NCBI GenBank assembly: GCA_965242865.1
Contig: CBDETK010000013.1
Coordinates: 704,001 to 768,000, forward strand
Reading direction: 5' to 3'
DNA from: Candidatus Latescibacterota bacterium
GTDB lineage: Bacteria > Latescibacterota > UBA2968 > UBA8231
Length of the DNA: 64,000 nucleotides
Of the stretch, positions 58,691 through 64,000 are shown piece after piece. The notes under the pieces were generated by a model, which had not been told where the DNA came from, did not search any database, and saw nothing but the letters and a program-made list of their open reading frames with translations. Positions within the stretch are counted from its first letter, which is position 1. Each line of letters opens with the position of its first letter. Made by a program: the position numbers and the translations under genes.

Positions 58691-60736
58691 ATGAAACGTC
58701 CAGCGAATTGGTGGCTTTGGTTTTTTGCGGTTGCAGCGGCTACGAGCGCGGCGGCCGACATTGCTCTGTGGCAGATCGGCGGCAGCCGCCTCCGTTGGGC
58801 CGACAGCGACTCGGCCCAAGTCATGATCGACTTTACCGGCCCGAACAACTCGATCCAGCCGGTGCTCGTCCGCGCCGATACCACGGTCTTTCCCCTGCTC
58901 GACAACTGGTCGCCGAAAAAGAATCCTGACGAGCTGGGGTTTGTCGATGGCGAGCGTCCCCGCGCGTGGAAGGGCTGCTGCGGCACCTCCTCCACGGTGG
59001 ACAACGCGCTCAACCTCATCGACGGCAGCGGCGCCACGTACAATCCGGTCACCAGCAACAGCATTGGCAGCGAGTACTATACCATTGATTTGGGCGTGCC
59101 CGTGCCCCTGTTTCGCTTTGCCATGACCACGCCGGATAAGGGGTTTTTTCGCTCGGACGGAACGCCGCTCGAAGAAGACGCCATTCCGGCCTTTGAGGTG
59201 TCGATTGCCGGCGATACCAACCCGGACGTGCTGAACACGGCCAACCCCATCGGCGCGATCATCGCGGAGGCGCGGGAAAATGTCGCGGCCAAAATCGCGG
59301 CCAACTTTCCCCTGCAATACGTGCGCTACGTGCGCTACAAGCGCAAGAATTCGATTCTCGACGAGGCGACCAACCAGTCGTCCGGGCATTCGGGCACCGC
59401 GCGCAAGGGGACGGTGGCCGAGTTTTTCCTCTGGGGCGAGGGAATCCCCAAGCGGGCCACGTACAAGACGACCATTTTCGATCTCGGCACGGTCGTCAAT
59501 TTGGGGCGGCTGTTCTGGAAGGCTACGCCCATGCGCCTCGTCAATGGCGTGGCCGAGGAAGCCCCGGATGCCAACGTGTGGGTCGAGGTTGAAGCGCGCA
59601 CCGGGATCGACGCGAGTCCCGACATTTACTACGAGTTCACGGACATGGGGACGCGCGTCGTGGTGGAGCAGGGCCGCTATCAAGGCGTGCTAAAAAACCA
59701 GAGCTCGCCCGTGACCAATGCCGACGGACTAGGCGGCACTCTGACCCTTTCCACGCGGCCCAAGCCGGGAATCCGCGCCGGCATTGAGTACGACCAGCAA
59801 AACTGGACGTTTTGGTCCTTTCCCACGACCGAGTCCGACCGGCCCCTCAACCTCAACCGGGGGTCGCACCTGCAAGTCAAGGTGGTGCTGCACAGCGAGC
59901 GGTTCGACGAGTTCGTGCGCCTCGATTCCCTGTGGATCGAGACCTCGCCGGTCTTGGCCCGGCGCGTCGTGGCCGAGGTGGCCGAGCGCGACCAACCTCA
60001 TCCGGTGCGCGGCGTGGCCGAGGTGCCCCTAGGCGAGATGACGGAATTCACCTACGACATCCAAGCGGAATTTGCCGCCAGCGAGGTGGGGTTTGACGCC
60101 CTGCGGATTCGCACCGGCAGCTCTCAGACCGAGTTCAAGGGGCTCGAAGTGAATGGGGTCGCCACCGACCCGGCCGGGGTGGAGGTGATAGGCGACGACT
60201 TTGTCGTGCAGTTGCCGCAGCGCGTAACCCGCGCGTACAACCCGAGCTTGCGGGTGATCTTTGCGGCCGAAGTCTTTGACTTTGCCCACACCTTTGGCGG
60301 CGAGGTCTTCAACGCCGGCAGCGCGGACCTGCCCCAGCCGGTCGAGGGCGGGGACGTCAGCGACGCGATTGGCACCAATAGCCTGCGGGTCTTGGCGGCC
60401 AGCGCGGCCAATCCGCAGTTGGTGCAGGACGTGCAGCTTTCCAGCGGCGTGGTCACGCCCAACGGCGACGGGGTCAACGACGAATTGGTCATTTCCTACT
60501 CGCTGTTCGCGCTGCCGCAATCGGTGCCGGTGCGGTTGCAGGTCTTTTCGCTGGACGGCCGGCGGGTGGCCCAAGTCGAGCGCGGCCCGCAGGGGTCCGG
60601 CCCCCAGCGCTTGCACTGGGACGGCCGCGACCAGCGCGGCGCGATCCTCGCTCCGGGCCTTTATCTTTTGGGCATTGGCATTGAGGCCGAAGACGAGAGC
60701 GGCCTACAGTTGCGGCCCATTAACCTCGCGTATTGA
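58691..60736 (+). CDS. Secreted protein with C-terminal TPNGDGVND / FlgD-Ig domain
   Basis: Signal peptide; paralog of 45322 (GFDALRI, VEGGD..TNSLRV); ends INLAY. Confidence 0.88.
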   Translation: MKRPANWWLWFFAVAAATSAAADIALWQIGGSRLRWADSDSAQVMIDFTGPNNSIQPVLVRADTTVFPLLDNWSPKKNPDELGFVDGERPRAWKGCCGTSSTVDNALNLIDGSGATYNPVTSNSIGSEYYTIDLGVPVPLFRFAMTTPDKGFFRSDGTPLEEDAIPAFEVSIAGDTNPDVLNTANPIGAIIAEARENVAAKIAANFPLQYVRYVRYKRKNSILDEATNQSSGHSGTARKGTVAEFFLWGEGIPKRATYKTTIFDLGTVVNLGRLFWKATPMRLVNGVAEEAPDANVWVEVEARTGIDASPDIYYEFTDMGTRVVVEQGRYQGVLKNQSSPVTNADGLGGTLTLSTRPKPGIRAGIEYDQQNWTFWSFPTTESDRPLNLNRGSHLQVKVVLHSERFDEFVRLDSLWIETSPVLARRVVAEVAERDQPHPVRGVAEVPLGEMTEFTYDIQAEFAASEVGFDALRIRTGSSQTEFKGLEVNGVATDPAGVEVIGDDFVVQLPQRVTRAYNPSLRVIFAAEVFDFAHTFGGEVFNAGSADLPQPVEGGDVSDAIGTNSLRVLAASAANPQLVQDVQLSSGVVTPNGDGVNDELVISYSLFALPQSVPVRLQVFSLDGRRVAQVERGPQGSGPQRLHWDGRDQRGAILAPGLYLLGIGIEAEDESGLQLRPINLAY

Positions 60737-60747
60737 GGAAAGTACTT

Positions 60748-63204
60748 ATGTACCAGCGAGCCATTGCCTTAGCGTTGCTACTTGCCGGCCCGGTCTGGGC
60801 CGAGTTTCTCACCTTCGACCGCCGGGCGGCTTGGGAAGCCAACTGGGTGCTCAAGCCGCAGCTACATGTCTTTACCCCGCAGGAACACTTGGGGTTGGTC
60901 CAGTTCCGCAAGGACATCAACGCCACGCTCGACGCCCATCTCTTCACCCACCCGACGAATGAGCGCGGGGATGTGGCCGGCGGTATCTGGTCCGCGCTGA
61001 GCAACCCCAACGACGCCCCCCGGATCATCGACGGGGACCCCGCCACCTTTTGGCGGCCGGCCGGCGGGGACCCGCTCGACAAGTGGATCGTGCAAATCGA
61101 CTTGGGCCGGGCCGTATTGGCCAAAGAGATCCGCATCCACTTCCCGGACGAAGCGGGGGCCAAGCCCTTCCGCCAGTTCAGCGTCTTCGCCTCAACCGGG
61201 GCGCACGTAGCGGCCTTGGAGGACGTGTACCGCTTCGCAGCCGTCTATCGCACGACCAAGCCCAACTTAGACAGCTACGTCCGCTTTGGCTTTAAGCCGG
61301 CCGTGGAGGATACCACCCGCGCCGTAGAGCAGCTCAGCGCCGCCGGCGGCCGGGCCGATTTTGCCGCGCCCGAGTTCACCGGCGATGCCAACACCGCCAC
61401 GACCGGCGGCCGCAACAAGCCGGTGGCGACCGGCCAAGCCAATTCGCGGGTAGAGGCCAACGCTCGCTGGCAGATGATCCAGTTCATTCGCTTCATCGTG
61501 GATGAGCACCAGCTCGACGGCGCGCTCGCCGAGATCGAGGTCATTGCCGTGGGCGACAACATCAGCTTGGGGGTAGAGGAAAAGGGCGGCACGTACATCA
61601 ATGGCTCGCGGGCGACCGATCCCTTCTTCTGGCTCGACGGCAATCTCAATACGTACGGGGTCATCGAGGTCCATCAGCAGTTTACGGAATCGCGCGGCAC
61701 GGCCTTTGAAGGGGGCTTGTGGTGGCAGGTGGATCTGGGGGCTACGTACTGGGTTGACGACGCGTTCGTCTATTGGCAAAAAGCCGGCGAGCGCCTCGCG
61801 GACTTTCGCTTGGGCACCAACAACGCCGGCACTGGGTACACCTTTTTCTCGTCCGACGGCACCGAGACCCTGACCGGCGACATCGACTTTGACCCGTGGA
61901 TTTTTGAACCGGAGTGGACCAATGCCCGCGAGCAATACAAGCGGCACTACCGCTATTTGTTCAATCCGCGCAAGGTGCGGCACATCTTCTGGCTGGCCCT
62001 GCACGACTTGGGCTGGCGCGCCCATCCCATGGAGCTGCAGATGTTCTCCCCGGGCTACCCGGCCGAAGTCGCGATCGAATCGAGGTTTTTGGACCTGAGC
62101 GCACTCGCCGGCGACGGGCAGCCCAAGGTGATCAAGGCCCTCCACTACGACGCGGACCTGCCGCCCAATACCCAGATCGAGTTGCGCTCCCGGTCGGGCA
62201 ACGCCATGGGCGAGGTGTACACCTTTCACAACAAGATCGGCGAGGTCGTATCCGAGGAGAAGTGGAAGAGCTCGCCCAAAGTGCTGCGGGGCCGCGTGGA
62301 TACCTCGGTTGTGGTCGGGGAGGATTGGAGCGCGTGGAGCAATGGGTACAAGCTGGCGGTCGAGCCGTTTAAGTCGGACTCGCCGCGCAAGTTTGTGCAA
62401 CTCGCGCTGGTGATGCGGACGGAGGACCCGGCCGTAGCTCCCACAGTGCGCTCGGTCTCGCTGGAGTACGTCGATGCGCTGGTCAACGAGGCCCACGGGT
62501 CGATCCGACCGCGCCAAGCCAAGCCCAACGAGGCCACTCGCTTCACCTATATGCTGTGGCCGTCGGTGACCCCGGACAACGCTGGCTTTGACCGGCTGCG
62601 CTTGGTCGTGCCCGACTTAGTGCAGGCCGAGGCGGTCGAGGTGCAGGTCGCTGGCCAAGCGGTTGAACTCGCGGCCATGGACATTACAGCCGATTCGCTG
62701 CGGATCGACTTGCCGCAGGTGGTGCAAGGCGACTCCGTGCAGGTGGCTTTTACCACGCGGCTGGTGCAAAACGCGGCCGTGATCGACGCCGATCTGGGCC
62801 TGAGCGACGCGCCCGGCCTGTGGCAGGATGTCGAGCCGGCCGCGCGCCGGTCCAACGTGGTGCTCCTGCCCGAGCTGGCCGACAGCGACCGCTTGATCGG
62901 CGACTTGCAGCTTTCGACCCGGGTGTTCACGCCCAATGGCGATGGGGTCAACGATGCGGTGGAACTCAGCTTCGTGGTCTTCAAGGCCCAACAGGCCGCG
63001 CCGCGGGTCGAGGTGAGCGACTTGACCGGCCGGGCCGTCGCTTCCCTGACGCCGGTCGCCCAAGGACCGACCCGCCGCTTTGCGTGGAATGGCCAAGACG
63101 CAACCGGCGCCTTGGTGCCCCCGGGCATCTATCTGTGGCGCATAGACGTAAACGCAGACTCGGGCGACGCCACGGCGTTGCGCGTGGTCGAGGTGGCCTA
63201 CTGA
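60748..63204 (+). CDS. Secreted protein with discoidin-like segments and C-terminal FTPNGDGVND / FlgD-Ig domain
   Basis: ATG 60748 after gagg RBS; signal peptide ending VWA; IIDGDPATFW..IDLG motif; ends VEVAY. Confidence 0.88.
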   Translation: MYQRAIALALLLAGPVWAEFLTFDRRAAWEANWVLKPQLHVFTPQEHLGLVQFRKDINATLDAHLFTHPTNERGDVAGGIWSALSNPNDAPRIIDGDPATFWRPAGGDPLDKWIVQIDLGRAVLAKEIRIHFPDEAGAKPFRQFSVFASTGAHVAALEDVYRFAAVYRTTKPNLDSYVRFGFKPAVEDTTRAVEQLSAAGGRADFAAPEFTGDANTATTGGRNKPVATGQANSRVEANARWQMIQFIRFIVDEHQLDGALAEIEVIAVGDNISLGVEEKGGTYINGSRATDPFFWLDGNLNTYGVIEVHQQFTESRGTAFEGGLWWQVDLGATYWVDDAFVYWQKAGERLADFRLGTNNAGTGYTFFSSDGTETLTGDIDFDPWIFEPEWTNAREQYKRHYRYLFNPRKVRHIFWLALHDLGWRAHPMELQMFSPGYPAEVAIESRFLDLSALAGDGQPKVIKALHYDADLPPNTQIELRSRSGNAMGEVYTFHNKIGEVVSEEKWKSSPKVLRGRVDTSVVVGEDWSAWSNGYKLAVEPFKSDSPRKFVQLALVMRTEDPAVAPTVRSVSLEYVDALVNEAHGSIRPRQAKPNEATRFTYMLWPSVTPDNAGFDRLRLVVPDLVQAEAVEVQVAGQAVELAAMDITADSLRIDLPQVVQGDSVQVAFTTRLVQNAAVIDADLGLSDAPGLWQDVEPAARRSNVVLLPELADSDRLIGDLQLSTRVFTPNGDGVNDAVELSFVVFKAQQAAPRVEVSDLTGRAVASLTPVAQGPTRRFAWNGQDATGALVPPGIYLWRIDVNADSGDATALRVVEVAY

Positions 63205-64000
63205 TGCCCCTTTTTTCCCCGAGGATTTGCTACCTGCTCGCGGTGTTGTTGGTCTGCGGTCCGAGCCGCGCCGAGGAGGTCCGCTTTGACTCCCCGGCCG
63301 AGTGGGCTAGTTGGGACATGCCCGTGGACATCGTCCAGTTTGCCGACGACGGCTCGCTGGAGCTGAGGAAGTTTCGCAAGCAGATCAACGCCACCCTCAA
63401 TGCCCATCTGTTTACCCAGCCCACCCAGACGCGCGGCCGAGTTGAGGGCGGCATCTGGCAGGCCGGGTCCAATCCGGCCGCGGCCGGCCGCATCATGGAC
63501 GGCGATCGGGCCACAGTGTGGCGTCCGAGCCCGTCGGACGATCTCGTCGATTGGGTCGCGACCATTGACTTGGGGCGGCCGGTGCTGGCCGAGCGCATCC
63601 GCTTGGTGTTTCCCGACCGCGCCGGGGCGCGTCCTTGGCGGCAATTCAGCGTCTTTACGGCCAATGGGGCGCGCATTCAGCCACGTGACGATGTCTTCAA
63701 GTTCGACCAAGCCTTTCAGACGACCCAGCCCAATCAAGCGCGAGTCGTCGATATCGAGCTCGTCGGGGAGCGCGACGTAACGCGGGTCATCGACGAAAGC
63801 CTCGGGCTGGAACCGGCCGCGCTGAACACCTTTCGCATGGTGCGGTTTGTGCGCGTGCGCGCCGACGAAAAAAGCGCGGACGCGGCCTTGGCCGAAGTGG
63901 AGGTGCTGGCCGTGGGCGACAACATCAGCCTCGGGGTTTTGGCGCGCGGCGGGAGCTTTGACAACGGGCTGTTGGCGCGCGAGCCGCAAAACATGTTCGA
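63204..64000 (+). CDS. Secreted paralog of the 60748 protein (3' end outside window; not in ORF track)
   Basis: ATG overlaps the upstream TGA. My translation MPLFSPRICYLLAVLLVCGPSRAEE..FRKQINATLNAHLFTQPT..GGIW..EVLAVGDNISLG matches FRKDINATLDAHLFTHPT..GGIW..EVIAVGDNISLG. Confidence 0.85.
   Translation, partial: MPLFSPRICYLLAVLLVCGPSRAEEVRFDSPAEWASWDMPVDIVQFADDGSLELRKFRKQINATLNAHLFTQPTQTRGRVEGGIWQAGSNPAAAGRIMDGDRATVWRPSPSDDLVDWVATIDLGRPVLAERIRLVFPDRAGARPWRQFSVFTANGARIQPRDDVFKFDQAFQTTQPNQARVVDIELVGERDVTRVIDESLGLEPAALNTFRMVRFVRVRADEKSADAALAEVEVLAVGDNISLGVLARGGSFDNGLLAREPQNMF

Noticed and set aside
1696-63994. Many long minus-strand and alternate-frame ORFs (e.g. 28302..29771, 32690..34273, 54447..56048, 63198..63989)
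   Set aside because: Arg/Pro/His-rich shadows of GC-rich + strand genes with no recognisable motifs. They recur only because the underlying DNA is repeated.

Overview
GC-rich bacterial DNA in which essentially every credible gene is on the + strand. Protein content (FN3/cadherin/Calx-beta adhesin repeats, FlgD-Ig C-terminal domains, CRTAC1/FG-GAP, TPR, C-terminal (S/P)WGx(L/I)K tails) suggests an FCB-group-related, possibly sponge-associated lineage such as Latescibacterota; this is inference only. Bases 1-45.2 kb form a six-unit head-to-tail cassette array (A-F). Units B-F each consist of 1-4 small signal-peptide genes, mostly ending in a WGx(L/I)K tail, followed by a large secreted protein with a variable N-terminal enzyme domain (M6/metzincin protease in B, C, D; TIM-barrel glycoside-hydrolase-like in E, F). 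Unit A is cut by the window edge. The heads are fused to a near-identical ~3 kb FN3/cadherin stalk present in 5 mosaic copies (none in D). Only the last unit (36350-45163) is intact. A, B and C break off in or just after the same FN3 module, D is a deletion chimera and E has a 1-nt frameshift. E and F come from a ~12.5-12.9 kb tandem amplification and are preceded by seven ~675-bp beta-helix genes with patchy hypervariability. My main hypothesis is a reverse-polarity polymorphic effector/partner (immunity-like) system. Bases 45.3-64 kb are an intact envelope gene cluster (paralogous TPNGDGVND-tailed secreted proteins, a putative outer-membrane protein, 2 TPR lipoproteins, 2 CRTAC1-like proteins, a PpiC foldase) interrupted by a PIN toxin-antitoxin module flanked by direct repeats and palindromes. 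No rRNA, tRNA, CRISPR array, transposase, integrase or reverse transcriptase was recognised.
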